From positions 48,686,741-48,750,740 of the forward strand of contig NC_068992.1 of NCBI RefSeq assembly GCF_001194135.2: a stretch of DNA of 64,000 nt. The letters run 5' to 3'. Source of the DNA: Octopus bimaculoides. Taxonomy: Eukaryota. Both the position numbers and the translations under genes were made by a program. Positions 26,482-39,847 of the stretch are shown here, piece by piece; the first letter of the stretch is position 1; each line of letters starts with the position of its first letter. The notes beneath the pieces were generated by a model that had not been told where the DNA came from, searched no databases, and worked only from the letters and a program-made list of their open reading frames with translations.

Positions 26482-28119
26482 TTGCCGTCATTGAACGAGT
26501 TGTAGATCACTGACGACTACTTATTAACCGTACCCATTTAACCACTATATACTACCCTTGTTTACTGTTGAACCCAAAATTACCGACACTGTGTCAATGA
26601 GGTTATCTTAGAGTGCAGATACCATTTTTTGCGTCCCATAAAAGCAAAAAGCCCCAACAAACCAAGCTTCCTCAGTAACAGAAGACTCGAGAAACGAATT
26701 ATATACCAAGTTTGGAAGAATGTGTTTCCTTAATACCAATTTACTACGACCCTTCAAAAATGCAATTCCATTACGCGTCGAAAACGTATTTATGTAACCA
26801 AATAAACTTCACCTCCTCTAAGCAACTCTAAACTCATAATGTACTTAAAACTTACCTCTTTGCTGAAGTAATGAACTGACTCTGCATGATATCTACTTAC
26901 ATCTTTTTTTACGGCATGATATCTACTTACATCTTTTTTCATTTAATTTAAATCAGCCATCTTTGGATATTTTGCTCTTCAATAGAATTTTAAACATTGT
27001 AATTTCCAGAATTCGATTGGTTCCTCTTCATACATTGTTATTGCATCCTCCTACTGCTGTATATTTCGAGTATCTTTTTCTCCATTTTTAGTTTTCTCAA
27101 TGCTACTGGCATTTGTCACCCTATTCCTTTTGTTCGTGACCCTATTGTCACTATTAACAATAACAACCACAACATTCTAATAACCTTTTCTCTTTATTAA
27201 CAACAACAGCTCGGAGATATATGATAAAACACATGTTGACGTTAAACAGAGAACTTGCTCCTCAAAAGATATTGAAATGTCATTCTCCTTTTATTTAATG
27301 TACGCAGTGTTCCCGTCATTTGCTCTCCAATTCCTTTTCTATGTGACGCTCCCCTCATTGTAATAAGCAACAACAAAATAGCAACAATTATAATAATAAA
27401 CTCTTCTTTAATTAGCCTCGAAGGGATGTAAAAAATATGATAACTTCAAGCAGGGATCTTTCAAAATCCTGCGATATAAGATAGATAAGTTACATAAATA
27501 TGATTGGACGAATTAAAAACGTATAAAATAAATTTACTAAAACAAATTAGAAAAATGTATGATAACGTACAGAAAAAATAAGACAATACATTTATATAAA
27601 ACCTGAAACTTCTACTTGTTTTAATCAGTGCACTCCACATTCCTGACAACGCTTCGCTGTGCCACCCACTTGTACAAAGCTGATATCTCTAATCTCATTT
27701 ATGAGGAGTTCTTGTGATGGGCTCTGTCTCCTGGATATTTAAAATTATAATACATCGTAAAGCCTCTCTTATACTTAAGACATTATTCTGTTCTTTTTGT
27801 ATGCTGATGAAAATTCGATTCCTTTCCTTCCTGATCTGCATTTTGTTTAGATATTTATTTTACATATTATATAAAGTGATTAAAACAAAGTCAAAAGGGT
27901 TATGTAAGGGGTTATGTCAGTACTCTCCCTGATGACTAAACGGTAAATAAAAGTAATGTAACACAATCTACACAGCCCACACAACTTACACAACACATAT
28001 ATTCTATGCAACCGCCATCCAGCACTAAAAGAACTAACACACATCTCGTACAGAATGTAGAAACATAATTCCCTGACATTGAAAGCGAACGATGTGCACA
28101 GCATATTTCTACACAACGA

Positions 28120-28500
28120 AAAGCAGAAACGAGAATTTGGCTTGAAAATATGTCTCAAGGCAAACTTTGATCATAGAAAAATTAATAAAAACTACCAATA
28201 TCATAGTAGATGCGGAAGCAGAAATAAGAGAGTTGAAGCAAACATAGACTTATAAATAGTTGAGAATTATTGAATACAACAGAGTACAATACACACACAA
28301 ATGAAAGAAAATGTTAAGAAGGAATATTGTAGACGCGTTAGATTAACATCTTAGAGAGAGTGATAAAGACAAAAACCAAGGTGATATGAATCAATACTTT
28401 AGATGAGCTAGATACGTAATTATTTGTAGTTATAATCTTCTCAGCGAAATGAATTTGTATGACGAGACAGGGAAATAAGAGGACAGTGACCGAATTTTAA
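28120..28500 (+). mobile_element. R4/Dong-like RT thumb fragment
   Basis: TYK.L.IIE (about 28250) and KENVKKEYCRRVRL (about 28305-28350), cf. YKYLG and KEY.RRVRLILKSELN. Confidence 0.65.
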
Positions 28501-28742
28501 TACTAAAATAATAACTGAAGCAGAAATATCATATTTACTGCGGATAGAAAGCAAAAGGAACCTTCTGCCACAAGAAAAATTATTATGAAATATCTATTAT
28601 AAATATGTATATTATAAAGCATGTATTCACAGCAAAAATAACCCCCTAAGGAAAAAGTGGAACCAAAACAAAAATATTTTTTTAAACTTAAGGATAGGAA
28701 TACATATAAAACAAACACTTTTCAAGAGGAAAGAGAAACTGC

Positions 28743-28800
<58 letters not shown>

Positions 28801-28919
28801 TACATACATACATACATACATACATACATACATACATACATACGCAGACTTCGGTAATAAAAATTCGTGGAACCCTTCGTAGATCAATAATTCCCTTCGT
28901 GGATCAATAATTTACATGG

Positions 28920-29191
28920 TCTCAACGATTAGCCGGAAATTATTTTTACAATGAGAATATCTGAAATAAACTCGACTGCTACCAAAAGTCAAGTAAAAAA
29001 CAGGAAAAGGAATCCAGAATCCTTGTCCGGTACCGGATCGATCCCAAAATCTAATCAGTTCGTGCCAGTCACGAGGCCAAACATCTCTGTAAGTTTCATC
29101 CGAATCCATCCAATGGTTCTTGAGACATCTTATCCACGAAGAAACAAACGAACAAACAATGCCCCCGCCTTTGCTAAGGCGGAGGTAATAA
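28920..29191 (-). mobile_element. Helentron/HINE-like non-autonomous element, one end
   Basis: Minus strand starts ttattacctccgcc, which forms a hairpin with ggcgggggc (29162-29186), followed by a short (TTTG)n microsatellite; typical HINE architecture. Confidence 0.6.
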
Positions 29192-29706
29192 TTCTTTCAA
29201 ATTTTGACACAACGTCAGAAACTCTGAGAGGAGATGGAAGCTGGTTACATCAACTTCACAGTACTATATTTAGACAGCATCGAAATATTAAGGATAAATT
29301 TAACCTCGGTGGGATATCAGTTCTAAATATAAAAAAAAAAAACTGGAAGCAATTCTGCTAAGCACTTTGTTCGATGCACTAATGATGTGCTCGTTCGTCT
29401 TATGAAAATAATAATTTAACATTAACATTTAACACTCATTGCACTGACTCCTGAGAAGTCAAGTTTAACCAAATATTTAAAATCAGAGTTACGATTTACT
29501 AAACGTGTTTCTTTACATATGTAAGTGTGTGCATATATGTCTGTGTGTACGTATGTATATGTGTATATTTGTTCGTGCATGTGTATAAATGTGTATATAT
29601 GTATATATCTCAATATATACAAATACACACACAGATATATATATATATATATATATATATATGGTGGTTGTCTACTCCTTAAACAGAGTTTGACCACCTC
29701 CTGCAC

Positions 29707-29916
29707 CTACACCTTAGCCATTTCATGGCGTCTGATGTGGCTTTTTAAACCAGACAGTGTTTTGAAAAAACACCCACACAGATTGCACCTCTGATTTGCA
29801 CTACCAATACCTGCAAGTAAGTTCTGCTCATTGTGGATCCTAACATGTCTTTTAAGACCCCCATTGGATTTGCAAACCCTCTGGCACACACCACATTCAA
29901 ACGTGTGCACAGACAT
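29707..29916 (-). CDS. Intact 69-codon ORF with two C2H2 zinc fingers (likely RTE-type LINE C-terminus, or a ZNF exon)
   Basis: [21 protein letters not shown] and [21 protein letters not shown]; the upstream sequence is lost in a gap. Confidence 0.55.
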   Translation of the reverse strand: MSVHTFECGVCQRVCKSNGGLKRHVRIHNEQNLLAGIGSANQRCNLCGCFFKTLSGLKSHIRRHEMAKV

Positions 29917-30267
29917 ATANNNNNNNNNNNNNNNNNNNNNNNNNNNNNNNNNNNNNNNNNNNNNNNNNNNNNNNNNNNNNNNNNNNNNNNNNNNNNNNNN
30001 NNNNNNNNNNNNNNNNNNNNNNNNNNNNNNNNNNNNNNNNNNNNNNNNNNNNNNNNNNNNNNNNNNNNNNNNNNNNNNNNNNNNNNNNNNNNNNNNNNNN
30101 NNNNNNNNNNNNNNNNNNNNNNNNNNNNNNNNNNNNNNNTATATATATATACATACATACATATATATGTTCATGTGTGCATATGTGCACGAGTATATGT
30201 ACGAGTGTAAATAAAGAGATTGCTGTGTTGTCTTTTCGTGAATATCATACGACAAACATCTGTATTG

Positions 30268-30420
30268 AAACAACAATAACAGCAGTAGCAGCAGCCACAG
30301 CAGCAACAGCAGTTGAAACACCAGCAACAACAATAACAACAACAATAACACAGTAGCAACAGCGTCACTACCAGCAGCTGCAACAGCAACAACAAGAGTA
30401 AGAAGTAAAAGAAGAAGCAG
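30268..30420. repeat. Degenerate (CAA/CAG)n trinucleotide tract
   Basis: Direct reading of sequence. Confidence 0.85.
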
Positions 30421-31184
30421 GGGAAAGATTTTTAAACAAGCAAACAAATATTAGTTTATTGTGAACGTAGAACGCTTCAAAGATTGATGAGAGAAGAGTC
30501 TACAGGCCTGAGACGACCTTTTCTAACTCCACATTCTGATGATTCTAGATTTCAACTTCCTGAGAAGTTTTATTTCATTAATTTTTGTTGTTTTTTTTAC
30601 TTATTTATTATATTTATTCCTATTATTTATTTATTTATTTATTGCTTTCCAAAGTTCATAAACTTTTGATATTTTTCGAGGAAATACTTTTTTTGCATTT
30701 ATTTTTGATTTTGTTTCATACACCACTACCATCAGCACCACCAGTTATCACCAACTCGACCTCGACCCTTCCATCTTATCTCTTACTGAGATATCTAATA
30801 CAAGATTGCCCTGAAGTAAACAAAAATAAACATATTTATATTAATATATTTATGCTCATAATAAATATCAAATACATTAGTAAATGATTGTGTATGTGGT
30901 GGGTGCGCATGCGTGTGTGTTATAAATTGGATTTAATATTTAAATTTACAAATTAAATTTGCTAAATGTCTTTTCAAACCGAAAGGTTTATCTTGATTTC
31001 AAGAAAAGGGGACTGTGTAGCTCCTTAAACGAATTGCAAGGGTTCTTTTATTAAATGACAGCATGACATACTGACCAGTGACATACTGAGATCGATTTAA
31101 TCGATTATAGGTAAAATAATTTTTCGAAATCTATAGGTTTTTTTCTTTTTTTTTTTTTAGTGCGGTTGTATTAAAATAGTGACA

Positions 31185-31380
31185 GGCGACATGATGGCAG
31201 ACACGTTAGAGCATCCGAAAAAATGCTTTGTGGTATTTGTTCAAGATCTTTACATTCTGAGTTCGACACTCTTCCACCGTTGGCAAAATAAAATTTCAGC
31301 CAAGTATTGGAGTCAATGGCATCCTCTAACCCCTTTTCCTCGAAACTGCTGACCTCGTTCCTAAATCAGAAACTATCGTT
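31185..31380 (+). mobile_element. SINE family B, degraded
   Basis: ggcagacacgttagagcatccgaaaaaatgctttgtggtattt...tctttacattctgagttc. Confidence 0.65.
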
Positions 31381-31479
31381 AAAACTGATAGATTGTTACG
31401 TGTCATCAATAAAGTTCTAAATTCAAATATCACCGACGCCGATTCAGCGCTTCATTTAATCATTTACTAATATCAATGT

Positions 31480-31680
31480 GTTTATTGTTTAAACCCAGTC
31501 CAGGACCGAATGTGCAGATCTATGATTGAAAAAAATTATGACTGCGATCATTTGTCTTTATTCATATACCAAGGACTACATTGTTCAATGTATTCTTTCA
31601 TTTTTTTAAGATGATGGTGCGTGACTTAATGGAGAAACATCGGTGTTATTTTTAGCAGGTCAAGCAATCATGTAAAGGAC
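31480..31680 (-). mobile_element. Short interspersed repeat; a related fragment lies at about 26170-26240
   Basis: Minus strand acctgctaaaaataacaccgatgtttctccattaagtcacgcaccatcatcttaaaaaaa resembles aaataacagccaaatctccttcaagtcatatcttaccgctttgattaaaaaa at 26182. Confidence 0.45.
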
Positions 31681-32259
31681 CATTCACTGGCGTGCTGTGA
31701 TACTACGGACTACAACGGTGTGGAGCCAACATAGGTGAACTGTGCCATGATCATGAACACACCGCAATATTGGTGACTTTGGTCAATCTGGCACCAATTG
31801 ACTTCTGCCTGAAGAGATACTATTAATTTTTTATCCACCACCACCATCATTCCTGCGCCCTAGAACGAGAACTTCATATATCGATGCATTCATTTTTATT
31901 TTTATATTTCTTGGTGACTAATAAATGCTTGGAGCAAGAAGGCAACAAAATATTCTAGAGATTCTGAAAGAAAAATAGAAATGGTGAAATTAATATCACC
32001 GCAGCCAAGTCAGAAAGTCTGCTAGAAATATAATTATCTTTCCTGTTTTTTTAAATTTTTATTTTTATTTTTTTTTTCGCTTTTGTCTTTCCAAACAAAA
32101 TCACTGAATACAATCATGAAATTAAGAAAATACATTTTAAAAAAATGTGACCAAGAGTAAAAAAATCTATGCATACACACATAACACATATACGCATATG
32201 CACACATACATATATACATGCCAATACATACATGCATATAAGTATTATATAAATAAATG

Positions 32260-32324
<65 letters not shown>

Positions 32325-32331
32325 ATGTATG

Positions 32332-32377
<46 letters not shown>

Positions 32378-34253
32378 GGTGTGTGTGTCGTATGTATAAA
32401 ACAGGAAGTGAGAGAAGTCGGTTTTGTATAGGTTGGTTTGGTTGATATTATTCTGAGGTTGAACCCCTTCATGTAATTTATTAATTTTTTATAAATATAT
32501 CTTTAATTTATGCCTAGTCATGTGTTGAGAGATTGCTTATCGTTCATCCCTGTGCAGCACTCTTTCGAAATGGCTGTATTTCTTACATTGTCTTTCTAAT
32601 GTGTGTAGATCTATTAGTTCTCTTAGAATCAGGATGATTTTATTATGCTGAATTAGGTGACTCTAGAGGTGATTTTTTTAACACGTTGAAACATCCGATC
32701 AACCGAAGAACACCGATGATGTGTTTTTTCCGTCATATTACCCTCTTCGATTGTCAGATTTCGGAGTTAATATCTTCTAGTTTTTATTTATTCAATTTTT
32801 TGTTTGTATAATACAATCTTTGGTGTGTTATTTAGTCTACATCTATTATTTTTCTGGTCCTTTCTTTGTTTTTTGGAGAAATATCATTTACGTGAGACCC
32901 TGCATTTTCTTCTATTTTCTGTATATGAACTAGTGGCTAATTGGTTGTTCACTCCAGTGAGAATCTTGTCCACGTTTAAACTGGCATTCTGCTTATGAGA
33001 AAGTGATAAAGAAAAATTGTATTTCATACAAAATAAAAAAAAAACATCAGAATCAAGAGGATAAAGAATATCTCGTCCAACCTACACCGAAAACTAAAAA
33101 CTTCAAATACAGCGAAAAAAATATATTTGGAAGCTAAAAGTTGATTTAAACTCTAATATAAGGTGACTAATAGTAGATAATGTTATCCTTCTTTACTAAA
33201 CGTAGAACTGTAACGCCATTATTCAACAGCTATATCTACTTGACATAAAATGGAATCGTGTGCTGTTGTAGACATCAGAAATAAAATTATGTGAAAAACT
33301 CTTCCCATTTGCAGAGAGTGTAGATATCCTGAGATCAGGTAAGGGTGGAAATATGGAATGATGTCAGCGTAATAGTAGTAGCGGACAACACCTATGCTTA
33401 TCCAGCATGATAGCAGTATATACCATCCTCCATAATGCATTTGCAGTCAAGAAGAAATATGAAGTGACCAATGAAAATGGTAGTTAGATCACAGCTACAA
33501 AAATTGTAGCCGTTCGTTTCAATATCTGATAGATTCATCTAAAAGAATCCAGATAATGAAACTTAACTGCAGTTTAAATAAATATATTTTATATGTAGCA
33601 AACTAGGACGGACATGTTTTTGCTTCGGCTCTTCTAGCTACGTGAGACATTTAACAATAACTGACTAAGCCAGAATCTTTCATTGAAAGACGAGGAAATA
33701 AATAATATCAAACATTAATAGAGGAGTAATGCAAGAGGGAATATAAAAAAGCAAACACAAACATAGAGGTAAAGCTTTCTGCTATATTTTACAATTTATT
33801 TGTCTCTTAAATCACACACTACAGGTTTCTATTTATATTGATAAATGATGTGTTGATAGCAGATAAACATAACTCACGGTATTTTAAAGTTATTCATATA
33901 TTCTAAATAAATATCTCGAATCGTCGGTTACATTGAACGCTACCGAGTTTATAAAGTAAGGTATATTTACGCTTGTAATAACAAACAACAACAATAATAA
34001 TAATTTTTTCTGCATTCGGCCACAAGGATTCGCTCGTACAGTAGAGAACGTGCCGCAAAAATGTTGTAGCAAAACACTTGAGGACTTGCACAGAGGTGGG
34101 TGGGCAGCGGGAGAAAAACGTTAAACGTTAAATTGGATATTTTTTACACGAAACAAATACAAATTATCATAAATATGTCCGCTCTGTCTACACACGATGT
34201 AAATCCTTCTAGTTACCATGAAGGTGCCCCAAGAATTTGGCTACCGAATATAC

Positions 34254-34357
34254 CTATCATCGGCTAACTTGCTTCGAAATTTTTTCTGAGCATTATTCTC
34301 CCGTAGCGGAAAACTGAAGAGCCCTAAATTCTCTGGGGTGTGATCCTTTATATGCAG
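34254..34357 (-). CDS. Weak candidate host-gene exon (LHIKDHTPENLGLFSFPLRENNAQKKFRSKLADDR)
   Basis: 104 nt open, phase 0-2, would bridge exon 38906-38992 to exon 11988-12046 in frame; the acceptor gatctag| and donor AG|GTATAT are both weak. Confidence 0.25.
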
Positions 34358-36445
34358 CTAGATCATTGCAACCGTCTCTTATCGTAAAGGGAGTCAAGGT
34401 CACTAACTAGCACTTAACCCATGCACACTTCAATCAGAACAATATTTCAGAATGTAATAATAATTAAACAGTAAAATATAGGTGACAAGTAGAAGGAAAT
34501 TATCCTGTTCCTCCTAGAATGGATTACGACTGAACAATTACCGGACAAGAATTAGATAGCCGTTTATCTGGTAATCTATGTAGTTTAGAGATCGATAATA
34601 CAAATGCAGAACAAAGAAGTTATTTGCCCTAAGGTCCTTACTTAGATTTATAAGATATTATTTGTCCTAAGGTCTTTACGTAGATTTATTAGATAACCAT
34701 ATTAAAAGTAAAAACAGAAAAACACAGATATGCTAGAATCTCAAGTTAGCAACAATGCGAATAAGGAAAATACTAATAAAGAGGACAAATACTCGAATGC
34801 TAGCAATATCACCAGCATTGAAGACGTTCACGAAGAAAAAAAATAGTTTTCTATGCTTAAAACCTATTAAACATAAATCACAATCAAATCACCATTACCG
34901 ATCACAGGTCACAGTACTAAAATGATTAATGACCATGCTCAAAAAAAACAAAAAACTGAGAGTAATGTTTAAGATAGTTCTCTCAGCATGGAGCAAACAG
35001 GACAAACTGCTTATATGCCCTTTCCGAGCAGTGTGAGAGGTACAAGGAATTAAGCAAGTATTTCGTATAAACCTTACGGTGATGTACGAAATCCTCAGCG
35101 TACAGAAAATCACACTTGAGGAACTTGATGCTCCGCGACTTGTCATCAATAAAACAAAATTACAGGAGAATGACAAACCCTCATATACTCAGCCGAAGGG
35201 GACATAACTTATATTGTCTGCTGTCTTGAAAATACAATATGCAGATGCTGGACAAGCTACTGAAGTCGAACAAGGGTTATCCTTTTTACTCCTGTCACTG
35301 CACTAAATTTGACCTGGATGCAGCAAATACGAACAAGGTTTTATCTAGGAACAAACATATCAATTACAGAAATATATATGTAGTGACAGGAACCAAAGAA
35401 GCTGTGGTGAAGTTACTACATACGTTTATAAGGATACAACTCCCCTCGTTTCGTAGATATTTAAAATCATAGAAGCATCGACAATAGATTTTGACACAAA
35501 GAGTTTTGTGAGTCATTGAATTGGCAACTATTGTATAAGAGCTAAAGGTTTCAAGTTTGCTTAATCTGTAATTGGGGCTTGATAATTCAATAGCTTGTCA
35601 AATGACAACGGTTTTTCATTGTTATCAAAACACGTAAACGATGTTGAACGAATGGCTGTTTGCATATTCAAATAACGGTTTAATATTTTTATGTTTAAGT
35701 ATCCACATGAAACTACACCACAAGAAATAGATAAGAACAGTAATAGTTGCATTGCTTTAGCAAGTGTTTCTACGAGTTTTTACGTGTATATCTGTATGTG
35801 TATCACCCTAATATACGATAGTCACTAACTTTTCAGAAGTTAGTTTCCGACGCATGGATTGGCATACAGTATCACAGAAGGAAAAGTAATAGGACGAATA
35901 ATCACGACAGATTTTTCACTTGTTATAGCTTGGACTTTAGGATTATTCCATCTGAAATTTTTCAATCTATAAACTGATTTCTTTTCAAAAATGCACCGAA
36001 AATTCTTCGTAGTCGTATGTATGGGTTTGTATGTGATCGTGTGAGTGTGTATACGTGCGTAAATAATATTTTTTTTTTCCTCCAAAAGTTTCCAATGAGA
36101 TCTAGTCCGATAATATGCTCAATTTCGAAATAAATATAGCAAAATAATGTTTGGTGAAATCAATAAAAAACTATCAGTATCAGCAGATAGATCGTAACTG
36201 TTCAATAATTGAACAGAGAAATGTTTATATAACGATTTTAAATATCTAACTCATCCATTTTCTTTTTCTCTAGATTTTTAAATGTTTTAATTTCAAAGTA
36301 TATAATTTTAGCATTCGAAACCTGTTTACTTACACATTTGAATATCAATAAATTTAAAAAAGAAATAACACCAAATAATATAGTATCGATATTGAAGGCA
36401 TATATGTTCTATATTCAATATGTGTGTATGTGTACATGATTGTAT

Positions 36446-36488
<43 letters not shown>

Positions 36489-37268
36489 CATATATATATG
36501 CGTTTACGTGTGTATGTGTATGGATGTGTGTATATATATATACATATATATATATATACATACATATATATAAAAGGATATATAAACATATCTATGCATG
36601 TATAAACATATATATATGTATATTGTATGCATATAGATATATGTATTGTATATATGCAAATACATATAATATATATAAATATATATATTGTATNNNNNNN
36701 NNNNNNNNNNNNNNNNNNNNNNNNNNNNNNNNNNNNNNNNNNNNNNNNNNNNNNNNNNNNNNNNNNNNNNNNNNNNNNNNNNNNNNNNNNNNNNNNNNNN
36801 NNNNNNNNNNNNNNNNNNNNNNNNNNNNNNNNNNNNNNNNNNNNNNNNNNNNNNNNNNNNNNNNNNNNNNNNNNNNNNNNNNNNNNNNNNNNNNNNNNNN
36901 NNNNNNNNNNNNNNNNNNNNNNNNNNNNNNNNNNNNNNNNNNNNNNNNNNNNNNNNNNNNNNNNNNNNNNNNNNNNNNNNNNNNNNNNNNNNNNNNNNNN
37001 NNNNNNNNNNNNNNNNNNNNNNNNNNNNNNNNNNNNNNNNNNNNNNNNNNNNNNNNNNNNNNNNNNNNNNNNNNNNNNNNNNNNNNNNNNNNNNNNNNNN
37101 NNNNNNNNNNNNNNNNNNNNNNNNNNNNNNNNNNNNNNNNNNNNNNNNNNNNNNNNNNNNNNNNNNNNNNNNNNNNNNNNNNNNNNNNNNNNNNNNNNNN
37201 NNNNNNNNNNNNNNNNNNNNNNNNNNNNNNNNNNNNNNNNNNNNNNNNNNNNNNNNNNNNNNNNNNNG

Positions 37269-37410
37269 AGAATTTACGAAAAAAACAACAGACGAGGACA
37301 GGTGGTGTAAACAAAAATAGGATGTATTAGTTTAACGCTCGGGAATACAGAAAGTCTTTAACGTTTCGAGCTACGCTCTTCAACAGAAACAATACGGAGA
37401 AAACAAGGAG
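37269..37410 (-). mobile_element. Second copy of hammerhead-bearing repeat HH-2 (core mutated)
   Basis: Minus strand GUUU-CUGUUGA-A-GAGC(GUA)GCUC-GAAA-CGU-U; colinear with 8499-8640; A6 changed to U. Confidence 0.7.
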
Positions 37411-37539
37411 AAAAACACGGAGAAAAAAAAATGGAGAAAAAAAATTGAATGGTTTGGTCAGCGATCAATCATATATATATGATAGTCTCTCCCGTCGGTA
37501 TCGACGTATGAGGCTCGAACATTGTACACATTCTTTGTC

Positions 37540-37730
37540 AGTCATAATGCTTATGTCTGATGTGACATTGAAGTCCCACCAACGATTTGCAAAGAAGGCC
37601 ACGAATGTTGCAAGTTTGGGGATTACAGGTCAGTGTAGGTGGTATATTTGCAGCCGCTTTTCTCCCGAAGCCTATTAATGCTGTTTGCAACAAAGTTTTT
37701 AATGTATATTATGTATTTATATATGCATGT
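37540..37730 (-). mobile_element. RTE-like LINE 3' end with degenerate C2H2 finger
   Basis: KNFVANSINRLREK followed, after a frameshift, by CNIRGLLCKSLVGLQCHIRHKH. Confidence 0.5.
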
Positions 37731-37979
37731 ATATATTTGTATAGTATATTTTTTCGTGATAGTATGACCACCAAATTCGTTTATAAATCTGAACACGAGA
37801 AATTCAACTGCACTAGCCATTTATATTAATAACTTTAAAATGCGAAATAAAGAATATAGACTTCATTGGTCTACTATCACAGAAACTACTCGATAGAGCA
37901 CACGTACAAGAACGTGCAGATTGTGCACATAAGAATCAATTAACATACTTCGTACAGATAATAAAAAACTTCTTCGGGT

Positions 37980-38250
37980 CGACCAAAACTTTGTGCGTTG
38001 ATTTGGTAGACGGAAACTGAAAGAAACCCGTCGTATGTATGTGTAAGAGAGATTGTGCGTGTATATATGTATATGTGAGTCTATGTTTGTCGCCCACCAC
38101 CGCTTGGCAACCGGTGTTGGTGTGTTTATGTCCCCGTAACCTCTGGGTTCGTCAAAAGGAACAAAAAAGAATTGGAATTGATTTGCTCTAATAAAACCTC
38201 TAAAAGGCCGTGCCCCATCATGAATGCAGTCTAATGATTGAATCCAGTAC
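37980..38250 (+). mobile_element. SINE family A, 5'-truncated
   Basis: gatttggtagacggaaactgaaagaaacccgtcgta...ggtgtgtttatgtccccgtaac. Confidence 0.85.
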
Positions 38251-38320
38251 AAGTAAATATATATATATACGTATACATTACATGTGTATGTATGTATATG
38301 TATATATGTGTGTATGTATG

Positions 38321-38368
<48 letters not shown>

Positions 38369-38905
38369 TGTATATATGCGTGTATATATGTATGTGTATA
38401 TATATGTGTGCATGCATGTGTATGCCTGTCTATATATATATATGTGTGCATGTATGTATATATGTGTATGTATTTATGTATATATGTGTGTGTATGTTTG
38501 TATATATATATGTGTATGTATGTATATATATATGTATATGTATCTACGTGTCTATGTATGTGTATATATATATGTATATGTGTGTTTGTATATTTACAGT
38601 ATATACATACCACGTCTTAAGGGTGTATCTATTGAGATTCAGGGGGGGTAATTAATTATTTCGCTACATTTACACTTATACATAAGCGTGCGTGCATATA
38701 TGGGTATATATTGTACTTGTGAGGTGTATGTATGTTGTCGATTGTATCACAAAATTTATATCTGCACATCTCTTTGCAGACGAAAACAACCGTCCCGTAC
38801 CCCACAAACACATATATATCTACGTTATATGATTATCTGCATACACACGCAGAGATACCACACACACAAACATTTACATAATACTGTATATTTTATAAAT
38901 CTCAC

Positions 38906-38992
38906 ACAGCGTGACATTGCTTTCATAACCTCTCGATTGGAGATCTTAACGACTTTGGCAACTTCCGACAACAACAATACCTCCAGCGGTGC
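38906..38992 (-). CDS. Likely host-gene exon (APLEVLLLSEVAKVVKISNREVMKAMSRC), possibly the end of a cyclic-nucleotide-binding domain
   Basis: tagcttag| acceptor, TGT|GTGAGA donor, 87 nt, only frame 0 open; pattern LLS..A.V..IS..E.M resembles the CNBD2-like LVS.GA.CI.IS...F.. from memory. Confidence 0.5.
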
Positions 38993-39801
38993 CTAAGCTA
39001 CCAAAGATTATATATGTAATACATCTCACATGTATATATGTATCTATGCATGCATATATATATATACATATATACGTATAAGAATATAGATATACACACA
39101 CGTATTTATGTATGTATGTACGATCGCACAGTGTCTCGCTGGCTTTTAATTCTTTTCTTATTTATGAAGTATATCAGAGATCTATCGTAATTTATATTTT
39201 ATGATATTCATACTTAAAGAGATAGAAAGAAAAAGATATATGTTTGAGTGGCAGGTATGATTGAAAGAAGAAGAAACAAATGTAGTAGATAGCAGGTATA
39301 GAAAAATAGAAGGGTTGAAGGTGGAAAAGTAAGAGAAAAGACGGGAAAGATATTTTGATATAGAATTAGAAGATAATGTTGATTAAAAATATTAAATTTT
39401 GGTTATGGAATATGAACTAAAATGATTCATATGAAATTTAAATAAACCGATTCTATTCATGAACGTGGGCCCTGGATACATATGTGGGGTATTTTTATGA
39501 GATACGTATCCTATGTGTGTATGTATGTATATACGTTCATCCACATGTACATATAGATACATAACTGGGTACATGACGTGGAAAAAGAACAAGGACAAAA
39601 ATGGTATNNNNNNNNNNNNNNNNNNNNNNNNNNNNNNNNNNNNNNNNNNNNNNNNNNNNNNNNNNNNNNNNNNNNNNNNNNNNNNNNNNNNNNNNNNNNN
39701 NNNNNNNNNNNNNNNNNNNNNNNNNNNNNNNNNNNNNNNNNNNNNNNNNNNNNNNNNNNNNNNNNNNNNNNNNNNNNNNNNNNNNNNNNNNNNNNNNNNN
39801 N

Positions 39802-39847
<46 letters not shown>

